Shown here: piece after piece, positions 28,474 to 40,640 of the stretch
Position numbering within the stretch: the stretch's first letter is position 1
Layout of the letters: each line of letters begins with the position of its first letter
From: the human T2T-CHM13v2.0 reference genome, Homo sapiens
Direction: 5' to 3' (one strand)
DNA: 64,000 nt
Assembly: GCF_009914755.1 (NCBI RefSeq)
Contig: NC_060931.1
Notes under the pieces: model-generated
The model's input: the letters and a program-made list of their open reading frames with translations, nothing else
What the model was told of the DNA's origin: nothing
The model's database searches: none
Made by a program: the position numbers and the translations under genes

Positions 28474-28672
28474 CACACACAGGGGAACAACACACATGGG
28501 GGCCTTTCAGAGGGTAGACAGTGGAGGGAGAGAATCAGGAAAAATCACTAATGCGTACTAGGCTTAATACCTGGGTGACGAAATAATCTATAGAACAAAC
28601 CTCCATGACACAGTTTACCTATGTAACAAACCTGCATGTGTACCCCTGAACTTAAAAGTTAAAAAAAAAATA
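28474..28672 (+). mobile_element. L1PA (older primate L1) 3' end
   Basis: TACCTGGGTGACGAAATAATC...ACCTATGTAACAAACCTGCATGTGTACCCCTGAACTTAAAAGTT + A tail. Confidence 0.9.
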
Positions 28673-28722
28673 AAATATATGTATCCTCAAAATAATTTTT
28701 AAAAAGTAAAATTGCTGTGAAG

Positions 28723-29046
<324 letters not shown>

Positions 29047-30689
29047 TCAAACGTACATTGGATGCTGAAGTTTCTATTTCTCACTTGACTATGATATTCT
29101 TTTCAATTACATCTGTGCTGCGGTCTTCTAGGGGTTTGTCATTAGAGAAAGGTCAGACTGATAAGATAGTAAAGTGCCAAAAGTTGGTCATGCCTAAATT
29201 CATTGGAAAAATTACTTAGTTTAGGACAGAATTTTATTCCATTTATGTAAAGATGATTACTATTTTCTGTCATGCACAGTACAGTTCTTTCATGAATATT
29301 GTTAGGAGAAATTTTATAAATTTCATAAATGCTTTTGGTTTTTTTTACACTGTTTCATATGGATAGTAATAGATTATAGTGTGATATATATATTTAGACC
29401 CTGCATTCAGGGTCTGAGTGCAGCAGCCAGCATTTAACTCTTAGCTCAGCACTGTTTGACTTTGAGCAATTTAGCTAACCTCACAGAGCATCATTTTTGC
29501 CATTTGTAATACTGTGAAAATAGTGACACTTAAAGAGTGTTGTGTATTGTTTGTGTTCTGACTGCTACACTGTTCCCCTTTCTTGTTCCCTTTCCTGGAG
29601 CCACCGTAGTCCCTGAGACATGACTATATTGAAACTAGGTCAATTTATAACCCTACAATGGCCTCTAATGTTCAAGTGAATGGAAGTGTCACACATCTCT
29701 TTAAATAAAAAAACTAGAAGTGATTAAACTTAGTGAGGAAGGCATATTGAAAGCTAAGATAGGATGAAACCTAGGCCTCTGACACCAAACAGTTAGCTAA
29801 GTTGTGAATGCAAAGAAGAAGTTCTTGAAGGAAATTAAAAGTGCTACCCCAGTGAACACACAAAGGATAAGAAAGTCAAACTGCCTTATTGCTGATATAG
29901 AGAAAGTTTGAGTGGTCTGGATAGATTAAATCAGCTACAATATTCCTGTAAGACAGAGCCCGATCCAGAGGAAGGTCTTTACTCACTTCAATTCTGTGAA
30001 AGTAAAAGAGGTGAGGAAGCTGCAGAAGAAGAGTGTGAAGCTCACAGAGGTTGATTCATGAGGTTTAAGGAAAGAAGCTGTCTCCATAACATAAAAGTGC
30101 AAGATAAAACATCAAGTGAAGAAGCTGCAGCAAGTTATCTGGAAGATCTAGCTAAGATCATTAGTGAAGGTGGCTACACTAAACAATAGATTTTCAATGC
30201 AGACAAAACAGCCTTCCATTGGAAAAAGGTGCCATTTAGGACTTCCATAGCTGGAGAGGAGAAGTCAATGCCTGGTTTCAAACCTTCAAAGGACAGGCTG
30301 ACTCTCTAGTTAAGGGCTAATGCAGCTGGTGACTTTAAATTGAAATCAATGCTTACAACCATTATAAAAATCCTAGGGCCCTTCAGAATGATTCAAAGTC
30401 TACTTTGCTTGAGCTCTATAAATGGAACAACAAAGCCTGGATGCCAGCACATCCATTTACAGCATAGTTTACTGAATAATTTAAGCCCACTGTTGAGACC
30501 TGCTGCTCAGGATAAAAGGATTTCTTTCAAAATACAACTGATGATTAACAATGCAGCTGGTCATCTGAGAGCTTTGATGGGTATGTCCAATAAAATTAAT
30601 GTTGTTTTCATGCCTGCTAACACAACATCAGTTTTATAGCCCAGAGATCAGAGTCATTTTGACTTTCAAGACTTATTACTTAAGAAATA

Positions 30690-30948
30690 GGAGGTGGGTG
30701 GTCACTTAAGGTCAGGAGTTTAAGACTAGCCTGGCCAACATTGCAAAACTCTGTCTCTACTAAAAACACAAAAATTAGCCAGGCATGATGGTACATACCT
30801 GTAGTCCCAGCTACTCGAGAGGCTGAGGCAGGAGAATCGCTTGAACCCAGGAGGCAGAGATTGCAGTGAGCCTATTTTGCACCAGTGCACTCCAGCCTGG
30901 GTGACAGAGTAAGACTCTGTCTCAAAACAGAAAAAAAAAAAAAAAAAA
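30690..30948 (+). mobile_element. 5'-truncated AluS inside Tigger1
   Basis: Begins at about Alu position 50 (GAGGTGGGTGG...) and ends in an A tail. Confidence 0.9.
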
Positions 30949-31358
30949 GGCTATAATTTCCATGGATAGTAATTCATGTGATGGATCTGGACAAAGTAAA
31001 TTGAAAACCAACTGAAAGTAATTCACCATTCCAGATGCCATTGATAATATTTGTGATTCATAGGAAAGGTTGAAATAGCAACATCAACAGGAGTTTGGAA
31101 GAAGTTGATTGCAACCATCATGGATGACTGAGGGTTACAAGACTTCAGAGAAGGAAATAACTATAGATGTGGTGAAAATAGCAAGAAAACTAGAATTAGA
31201 AGTGAAGCCTGAAGATGTGACTGCATTGGTGCAATCTCATGATGAAACTTCAGTGAAGGAGAAGTAGCTTTTCTAATTGAGCAAAGAAAGTGTTTTTGTT
31301 TTTGTTTTTTTTTAGATGAAATCTCCTGGTGAAGATGCTATGAACACTGTTGACATGA

Positions 31359-32130
31359 TGTGTAGGGAAAAACTTTCTAAACCATGTTTTTCCTCTGCCT
31401 CATGCCACAACAATCATCACAAAAGCAGAGTTCGATGACAAGAAGTGTGGGGGTTTTCCACACACACACCAAGCAGCAAACACCAGCTGGATGTCATCCA
31501 ACTCAGTTCCGACACTATCTACATGGAAATAGTTAGATCCCACAGGTTGCGAGCTTAGTCCCCAAGATTGCCCCCTTCTTTCAACACTAGTCACAAGTCC
31601 AAGTCTCCAGGACTACCGACAAGCTTCAAGTTTGGGTTCTCATTACCCCCTCTTTGGGTTTGATTAATTTGCTTGAAGCAGCTCACAGAAGTCAGGGAAA
31701 TGCTTATTTATGTTTACCAGTTTATTATAAAGGATACAAATGAAGAGATGGATCAGGTAAGGTATGGGGGAAGGTGTGTGGAGCTTCCATGCCTTCCCTG
31801 GCATGTCACCCTCTAGGAACCTCCAAGCATTCAGCTATCAAGAAGCTCACCAAACCCAGTCCTCTTGAGTTTTTATGGAAGCTTCCTGACTTCAGCATTC
31901 CTTCCCCCAGGATGTAGGGTGGGATCCTGTCTGGGGAGAGTCTTGAGACTAACAATCAGAAGGGAGGGGAAAGATTAGGGTCCTGCCTTGGGGCAAGTGA
32001 AAGGAGGACTAGAGGGAGATTCTGTTTTCTGAGGCCTGATATACATGATAACAAAAAGTCTGTAACTAGGGTTAAGGGAAATAAGAACCAGAAAAGGTGG
32101 ACAAAAACCAATATATATCATAACACCACA
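31359..32130 (-). mobile_element. MER21-type solo LTR inside Tigger1
   Basis: TG...CA ends; AAAACCAATATATATCATAACACCACA is the reverse complement of the MER21 start; 5-bp TSD CATGA/CGTGA. Confidence 0.85.
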
Positions 32131-33064
32131 CGTGACAACAAAGAATTTATAATATTACATAAAGTTGGTTGATGAAGCAGTGGCAGGGTTTGAGAGGATT
32201 GTCCCAGTTTTAAAAGAAGTTCTACTTTGGGTAAAATGTTATCAAACAGCATTGCATGCTATAGAAAAGGCAAACAATTTTTCCAAGTGATGTGGCAAAC
32301 TTTATTGTCTCATTTTAAGAAACTGCCACAGCAACCCTGACCTTCAGCAACCACCACCTAGATCAGTCAGTAGCCATCAATATCCAGGCAAGATTCTCTA
32401 CCAGCAAAAAGATTATTATAATTGTTAGCTTTTTTTTAGCAATAAGGTATTTTAAAGTATGTACATTTTTTAATGGTATGGCACACTTAATAGACTATAG
32501 TATAGGGTAAACATACTTTTCTATGCAGTGGGAAACAAAATTTGTGTGACTCAGTTTATTGTGATATTCACTATATTACAGCAGTCTGAAACCAAACTTC
32601 CAGTATCTGCAGAGGATGCCTATATTCTGGGCATGTTTACATTTATCTAATTTTCTTAACATTTTCTAGTGTTATCTCATCTGTAAACATGTGACTAGCA
32701 ATAATTTATAGAATGCTTTGGGACAAATAATACATGGAAGCATTTAACATGATAGCTGACTCGTGGTAATAGGTGAATAAATATTTGTCCCCTTCTGTAT
32801 CATTTGATAGAATTTTTCAAGTTGTCTCACATGTGAGGGACAAAATAAATAAATGTTTTAGAACAAAAATAAGGTATTATGTCTAATAATTCAAATAATT
32901 TAAAGGTCATTTATATTTTTTTAAAAAAATCCAAAGAACACTAGAGAATCAAAATCATTTTAAAAATTAACTTCATACTAGTAACAGGCCACTAGTAACA
33001 GTGTATGGAAATGAAAAAGAGGTATTATTCTAGTTATCCAAGAGCTTAATATTAAGTTAACTAG

Positions 33065-33664
33065 CGAGAGTGGCAAGAGGCAGCCAAATGCCTAGGCAGA
33101 TAGTGGCAGGTCCCCACTGAAATCCCACCTCTAGCCGAAGACAGTTTAAAGCCTGAAAGCCACCCTACGAGTTAAACCCTCAGACTGCATTGAGAACTTG
33201 TCTTCCTGTTTGGCGTGCTTTCCTCTGATTGATCCCCACCCTTCACCTATTTTATATATACCTTCCCTTTCCAAATTGGTTTTTCACACTGTCGTGCCCA
33301 CCTTTGAGTGGTGTCTTTGCTTTAACCTTTTTTACAACCAGCATACACTCCCCATTCTGAGTCCGTAAAAGGCCCCATACCCAGCCACATGGGGGACTTT
33401 CCCACCTTCAGGTGGGGGGACCACCCCTGCATCTCCTCTCTGCTGAAAGCTGTTCCATCACTCAATAAAATTATTTTCTGTCTTCCTCACCCTTCAATAT
33501 TCACCATATCCTCATTCTTCTGGGGCACGAGACAAGAGCTTGGGAAACGCTGAATGCTGGTATAAGCTGGGACATGCCAGTGTGGCCAAGAGAGGCCCAG
33601 GTGGGGCATGGCTTGCCGAGGGTCCCCGGCTTGCAAAGAGACCATGAAGAAAAATCTTACCTTA
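33065..33664 (+). mobile_element. ERV1 solo LTR (LTR29-like)
   Basis: GGCAGCCAAATGCCTAGGCAGATAG start, internal AATAAA (33464), 4-bp TSD CTAG on both sides. Confidence 0.8.
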
Positions 33665-35339
33665 CTAGCATTGCTGAAGGAGAACAAAGAAGAATAATGG
33701 CATCCACCAAAAATCAAAGCAATACTGTCTCAAACATTACAGCAGAACTTGGAGAAAGGTGTTAAAAAGAGATAAAAAGTGGAAATAGAAAAAAGAGCAA
33801 AACAAAGCAATATTCTAGTTACATTTTTAAAAATAATCATTAGGATGATTTAGAACAAGTGTTTGTAACTCTGGGGGTCTCTGAACCCTCATTTGTAGGA
33901 CTAGATGTCTGCAGTGAGAAAATAAGAAAGGAAAGAGAAGAAATGTATTCTACACAGAAGTAGGGGAAAGTTCCTTAAACTATGAGTCACAGCTATTTAT
34001 ATCCGAACAAATGTGCATTTCCTATTAGTCCAGGAGATTCTGTGGTCTTCTACCCATGCATTTGTATAAAGAATTGTCCTCTGTGTATAAGCTGCATCTC
34101 TAGAATATGAACTCCTTGAAACTACCTAGCAACACTTAAGTACCTAGACCAATTTGGACAGACAGCATTATTGGGTTGTCTTGGTAAATATTGGTAACTT
34201 CAATAACCAAGAATGCTCTAAAATCTATAGCTAGACAACAGGCTATCTCTGAACTAAACTTTAGACAACAGTCCTTGGTAGACTTTTTTTTTTTTTTACT
34301 CTATTATGTAAAAGTAGAGACTTATCTAGTAATAATTCTAGCTGGTTCATAAATCTCTGATACCATTAATTTCTCTATTGAAGATCTCATTGTTAGTATT
34401 TATTATACCAATCTTCTGTTCTAAAGAGATAAAAAATAACTAAATTTTGGACTTCTATTAAAGGCTAGGGACCAGCTCGAGAATGAATGTTCTCGACCAG
34501 GGTGACTGTCCACTTCATGAAAGTAGACTAAAAATACCAAACTCTCATATATACACAATAATATATATCAAAGTATTTGAAGTACATTATAGAAATCCTC
34601 ACAGTAGGGGTCACATTTTCTTCCACTTTGTGGCAGAGTTCTGAGCACATAGTGACCATGTGATAAATATTAATTCAGTATGTGAGTGTATGAGGATGTA
34701 TGTCATCAATATTCTTTGACTGCCTTAAGTGTTCTGGGAAAAAGCCATATTTTTGGTCTCATTTAGCATATACTGTAATTAATACTTATTTTTAGGGTGT
34801 ATTTATTTTTGTTTTAATTTATTTGATTTGTGTTGCATATACAATATTGTACCCATCAAATATTGCTTAATTCTTTCATATTGCAAAATAAACAGCTATT
34901 ATAAGCCTGAACTTGTTAGTCTTGCTGGGCCCTGCCCAAGGTTGCCCTCATCTCCAGCTTTCCACAAACTGGAATATTCACTGATGCTTTGTTTCTTCTC
35001 CCAGACCAGGATACATGTTGTTATGTGGTTCCTAGGAGGACTGTAAAGTCCTCTAACAAAGACAAAGGATGGAATGAATCAAGGGAATTACTATGAGAAA
35101 GTAGGGATATCCCTGGAGAGGGGACTGTTTCTGTGTGCTTTTAGACATCACAGAGTAATTGTTTCTTTTTTTAAAGGAAGGAACCAGGGTGAAGAGCAGC
35201 TCATTTTTAAGCTGGAGAGGTTAACAAACACTGGCTGCAAGATTTACTTTGGTTTAGGAATACCACTGTCTCACAGGAGTGTCAATCAAAATTCCACAGC
35301 CATTCTTCGACACTAGGAGGTGGGACTGACTGATGTACA

Positions 35340-35349
35340 GCAGTGATTT
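35340..35349 (-). promoter_or_regulatory. GFI1/GFI1B binding motif
   Basis: GCAGTGATTT = AAATCACTGC on the minus strand, a perfect GFI1B consensus about 14 nt before the middle TSS. Confidence 0.6.
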
Positions 35350-35360
35350 GACCCAGCACT

Positions 35361-35471
35361 TGGGGCAAACACAACCAGAGTCTTCGGTGTTAATTCCCTG
35401 GTCTTCCCAACTAGCATTCAGAAAGTGCATTAACATTTGTGGCCTTGTGCTCTTTCATCGGACTTCTAATG
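35361..35471 (+). other. CD36: CD36 middle alternative non-coding first exon (start approximate)
   Basis: Donor ATG|GTAATT at 35472; unique non-repeat sequence about 22.6 kb upstream of the ATG where an upstream CD36 promoter is described; GFI1 motif just upstream. Confidence 0.7.
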
Positions 35472-35907
35472 GTAATTATGCCTGTGTAATCACAGTAAAG
35501 TTACCTAATCTAAATATGTAAGATTTCACACTTTGCTTGCAATACTTAAAATTTCCTACTTTGATCTGACTTTTGCTTTGTTCTTGTCCAGTTTAATATA
35601 TATTTGCATTTCTCTCTCTTCTCTCAGGGCGTAGAATTTATGGAGTATTGTAGGCATTTAGGCAGCCTGTTTCAAACTTTTAAATAAGAAGTTGTATCTA
35701 AAAGAAAGTAGAGGGATAAGTCAAATGATTTTTACTATGAGTTCTCAGTAATTGTTATGTTAATAAGTGGTAAGAAGGCATTCAAAAATATTTGAAATAA
35801 TCTAAGTGCTCCAATATACACATGCTTATATGCATGCAACAGTGGAGGAATATCTTAATAGGGCAAATTCGTGTGCAGCCATCTTTTATTCTTAGGAATA
35901 TATATAT

Positions 35908-36005
35908 CCTGCCAGACATGGTCATCCCAGCACTTTGAGGCCAGGAGTTCAAGACCAGCCTGGAAAACACAGCAAAACCCTGTCTCCTGTCTCTACCAAA
36001 AATAC
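35908..36005 (+). mobile_element. Alu left-monomer fragment (internally deleted)
   Basis: TCCCAGCACTTTGAGGCCAGGAGTTCAAGACCAGCCTGG. Confidence 0.8.
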
Positions 36006-39000
36006 AGTAATACAATAGTAGGATATACTTCCTAGTATACCCTAGGAAGACTGTTAAGTTATAGATAGTCATTTTTTAGCCAAAGATGTATTATAATGAA
36101 TATGATTATAAAAATTTAGATTCTCTTATATTAATATTGTAAGACAGAGTGGTTGACTTCTCAATGTTGGAGCAAGCAGAATCTATCCTCCCCTGCTTTT
36201 GATGTTCAATAGTGACAAGTAGAGGTCACACGCAGTCTCTGCTGCTGGCATTCCTGGCATGGTCACAGTGACTACTGTGACTTGTTTGAGAGGTGACTTT
36301 GAACATTTATTTTACTTTCAGGTTAGATAATTTAGTCATTGTATTGGCTTGGGCTAGTGAATCTTTGTTACAACAGCCAATAGGATATATGAAGTAGTGT
36401 TTTAAAAAATTAGCCATTAAAGACAGTTTTCAATTTGCAAACCATTTCTAACATGTTTTCCATGGTAAGAATTAGCTACACGGAATGATACTGGGAAATA
36501 TAGAAAAATGGGGGGTACTGGAACTAGCTAAAATTTTACAGATTACAGGTATAATTGTTTTGCTGGTCACACATGATTATTTCTATTGGTTACATTTTAT
36601 TTGGACTTGTATTGTGATACATTGTTCTATAGAAACAAACTATGCCTTAACTTTGTTGTGATGATCTAAAACAGTTGGAAACTGAGCCTGATGTATTAAA
36701 AGAGAGTACAGGAGGCCATGGTTTGCCGCAGTGGGCATTGTGTGAAGATAAGGGACTGAAGAAGGTGTTTATAGATATGAAATGCTAATGCATGCTCATT
36801 CAAAAAATCATAACCTTGCTTGTATTTCAGATCTATGCAATTCTATTTGTCATTTGGATGGCTAGTATTGTGACTCAAGTATTCTAGACAAGCTGTGATT
36901 AAATATTTCAACAGAAGACCTCAAAGAATTACTGATTTATAATTACCCACGTTACCTATGCTACAATAATTAGAAATAAAGAAATTGAAGTGATGTACTG
37001 TATAGTAATGCTACTAAACAGATATATGTTTATATGAAAAGGCAAGGAATTTATGAAGGCTAGTATTATGTAAATGACTGTCTCTAAAGAATTGGATGAT
37101 ATATTGCATTTTGTTCATTGATTCAACAAATATTTGTCTGCCCAATACATACCAGGCACTGACCATTTTCTGTAACTAACTTCATCCACTTAGCACTGCG
37201 AATAATCCAATAATTCCCCAGGACAAATATTATTATTCAATAAATTAAATGAGTATCAATACAGGGGGGTATTTTACAGAAATCACTGTTCTCCTGGGTA
37301 ATCAGGGGATCTGCCATTGAGTTTGGTAGCACAAATTTTTGTATTTTTCCTTAAGGGATGATGAAAGATCAGTGGACTCCTAACTATCTGCAGTCTGTGG
37401 AGTCTCAGGTTGCTTAGAAACTCAGCGACTATGGGCTTGCTATGGCAACCCAATTTATTAGTGACTGCAAAACTAACTTAGCTGGCATTGTGGCAAATCT
37501 CCATATTTTGCTGGTAAGAATATTCAGATAAGTTCTTCTATCATACTAGTATTTATATTATTTACACTATTGAGCTAAATATTTATCAAATTTTGAAAAT
37601 AATAAATTATGATTTATAATGGTCGAGAACTACATGAAAATGAAGCTTAAATTCTGAATGTATTTTTAGATTTCCAATTTACACTGTCTGCCGGTTACCA
37701 GGCCATTGCCTTAGCTTAAATCTACAGAATGTGATTTATGATTTGTACTATATTTAAAGCATGAGAAAACAAAACTAGTACAGTCTATTATCTATGTGCC
37801 AATAAAAATGGTCTGCAAATTTAGCTTTAATACTTCTATCCAATTAATAGATAAATTTATGTATGTATAGTATAATTTAATAATTTTGTTTTACATTACA
37901 AACTTCATATATAATTGTAAGATTTTACAGTATTATGTATTTTTAAAATCTTATGTCTTAATATACCGTGTAATCTGATACACAAATGTATTAGAAAACC
38001 ACTTTACTTGAAAAGTACATTTTTGCAATTGTGGGAAAGACATTAGGGAACATATTCTCAACCTTTGTTTGAGTATTTGTTCCCTGTAGTACATTTACAA
38101 AAATTTTGCCCTTTCTGATTTTAGTCATGCTTTTAGGTTCTGTTGTTTTACATGCTAACGAGTTCTATTGTTTTACACTATATATAAACTACAATCTTCT
38201 CTGTACCTCTTCATATGTAAGTATTGCATTCATCTTATCTCCCTATTGATTCCAACTTTTTGTTTTTATCACAGTCAATAGCAGAAGCAGAGCCAGCATT
38301 CTCTCCTGAGACAGACTATTACAAGGTTCTATTTACTGTCCTTTTCTCCTGGGTTTTGGCATTTATGCATTTTGTTTTGATACTTAAGACTTCATCATAT
38401 TAAAGGTTCTCTTGAGATTGAAAGAATCAGTCTGACTCAGGTTTTTACAGGACAATGCTACATTTGATTATATTTTAAATTTTTTCTTTATATTTTATCC
38501 ATTGCCTTGTAATTCTGCAAATGATGAAGTTATTTTTGAATCCTCTAGTACATCAGTTCAACTAGGCTATGCCCCTGTGGTTGACGATATGTCTCATCTC
38601 ACAGACGGAAACAAGTACAAAGAGAGAACTTAGGTTATTTTCTTGGAATTAATTCTCATTGGAACAGAAAAGCCAATTCCCAGGGGTCCTTGCTTAAGCC
38701 TCCAATTAGTACACCATATTGACCCCCTCCCTTAAAAGAGGGGCTTTTTTTTTTTCACTTAGACTACAGACCCACTGCTCTTTAACAGAATAAATGAGCA
38801 GTCCAGAACACTAAACAACCCAAAGGAATCAAACTCTTATCAAGGGATCATGTGTGTTAGCCTTTAAGGAGATAGTAGATTGGCATGTAAAAAAAAATTA
38901 GGTGGTAGAGTACAAATATTCAGAAGACTTGGAGAGGATTTTCAACAGGCAAAAGCAAAACAATACAACTATTTCATGATACACATTTAGTGTTTAATCA

Positions 39001-39958
39001 TGCTTTTTGGTGTGACTGAATTATTTTAATACATTTTACAAAACTTTATTTTAATCAATATGTCTGTTTCTGCCAATGGATACATAAACACAACTGGTAC
39101 ATTGCATCATTTAAAATATTTGGGAAAAGCTCATTGTGTAGAAGCATGTCATTCATTCTTGTATTATAGTTAATAAATACCTGTGAAAGGGAAGAATTAA
39201 ATCCCTTTATAAGAATATTTTCTAATGTGGAATAATCAAACTATTTACCTGTTTGCTACTTGAGATTTTTGCTTAAAAAAGAGTACATCTGTTCTTTATT
39301 CCATTACATGCATGATGTCTATTAAACATAAAAAAACGCACATCTGGAAAATCATCAGTGCATTTAAACTTGATCAGATACTGGAATAAACAAAGGTACT
39401 TCCTCTCCTACAAAAGTATTTAACATATACATGCATGTCTTTTAAAAATCTATGCTGTGATACATAGAGTTACTGTTTATTCAGCATCAAATAAAAAAAA
39501 TTTGAGCACCTATTAGGTATCAGGCACTATTTAAAACTCTGGAATATAATGCTAAACACTACCAGCATGATTCCTGGTAATATGTTATAGGGAGTTTCAT
39601 TGTGACCTACTCTCTTGCTACTTATGAATGAACAGATGATGAATTGAGCTATTTTGGAATCCTTTCTATAAGTGGAACACTAAAATATTCTAAAGCTATA
39701 TAAATGAGTAAAATACAGTCACATGGTATATGTGCTTCATGTTATATTAATATCTATATTTGTTACATAGAGTGTAGAAAACCATATTGCAGAAACACTT
39801 TTTTTCTCCTCCTTTAAGAGACCTGGTTAAGCCATGTTTCTTGACTGCACTCATGAGCTAGAAGTTTGATTAAGTGTTTTAGTTTATTAAAAATACCTGT
39901 GATCTAATGCCTATGTTTTAAATAGAATCACAAGGTATCAGCTTGGGTGCTTTCAACC

Positions 39959-40369
39959 TGTGAACCCCAAATACCTAAGACAGATCCCAGTTAATTTAAT
40001 CCCATCTACCCACGGTAGTCAGAGCACAGTTTGGTTTTATGCATTTTAGGAAGACCTGAGACATCAATCAACATATGTAAGATGAACATGGATTCAGTCT
40101 GGAAAGGTGAGACAACACAAAGCAAACACAGGACAACTCAAAGTTGGCAGGGGGTCCCAGGTCATAGGTAGAGAAGATACAAATGGTTGCACTCTTTTGA
40201 GTTTCTGACTAGCTTCTCCAAAGAAGGCAATCAGATAAGCTTTTATCTCAGCGAGCAGAGGAATGACTTTGAATAGAATGGGAGGCAGGTTTGCCCTAAG
40301 CAGTTCCTAGATTGACTTTTTCTTTTAGCTTAGTGATTTTGGGGTCCCAAGATTTATTCTCCCTTCACA
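39959..40369 (-). mobile_element. MER4A-type ERV1 solo LTR
   Basis: TG...CA ends, 4-bp TSD AACC (39955-58 / 40370-73), characteristic GCAGGTTTGCCCTAAGCAGTTCC. Confidence 0.85.
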
Positions 40370-40373
40370 AACC

Positions 40374-40640
40374 TAAATTAGCTGAATCAATAGGAGGACA
40401 GGTTTGCCCACAGAATTGAAAACTCCAGTGTTAGCACTCTTCCGGCACAGGTGGATCAGATTGCTGGCTCTTCTTAACTTTCTCTGCTCTCTCCTTATTT
40501 GGATGGTAGGTTTGACACAGGCTGGCTTTCCTTGAGGTTGTAAGAGGGCCTCCAGCAGCATGGCTGTAGGCTTCCTCCTTATACATAAGCAGTGAGGATT
40601 GGAATAGAGAATAGATGATGATAGAAAAATCATTCCCACT
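40374..40640 (-). mobile_element. Old MaLR (MLT1J/K-like) fragment
   Basis: CTTCCGGCACAGGTGGATCAG...GGCCTCCAGCAGC. Confidence 0.5.

Larger units (their letters stand above)
29545..32623 (+). mobile_element. Tigger1 DNA transposon (5'-truncated, dead transposase), interrupted by an Alu and a MER21 LTR
   Basis: ATGGCCTCTAA... transposase start (29658), GAAGGAAATTAAAAGTGCTAC, TTTTCAATGCAGACAAAACAGCC, and 3' TIR CAGTATCTGCAGAGGATGCCTATA; many stops and frameshifts. Confidence 0.92.

Noticed and set aside
30340-30639. 99-aa ORF with transposase-like residues
   Set aside because: Fragment of a decayed Tigger1 with stops and frameshifts; not a domesticated TIGD gene
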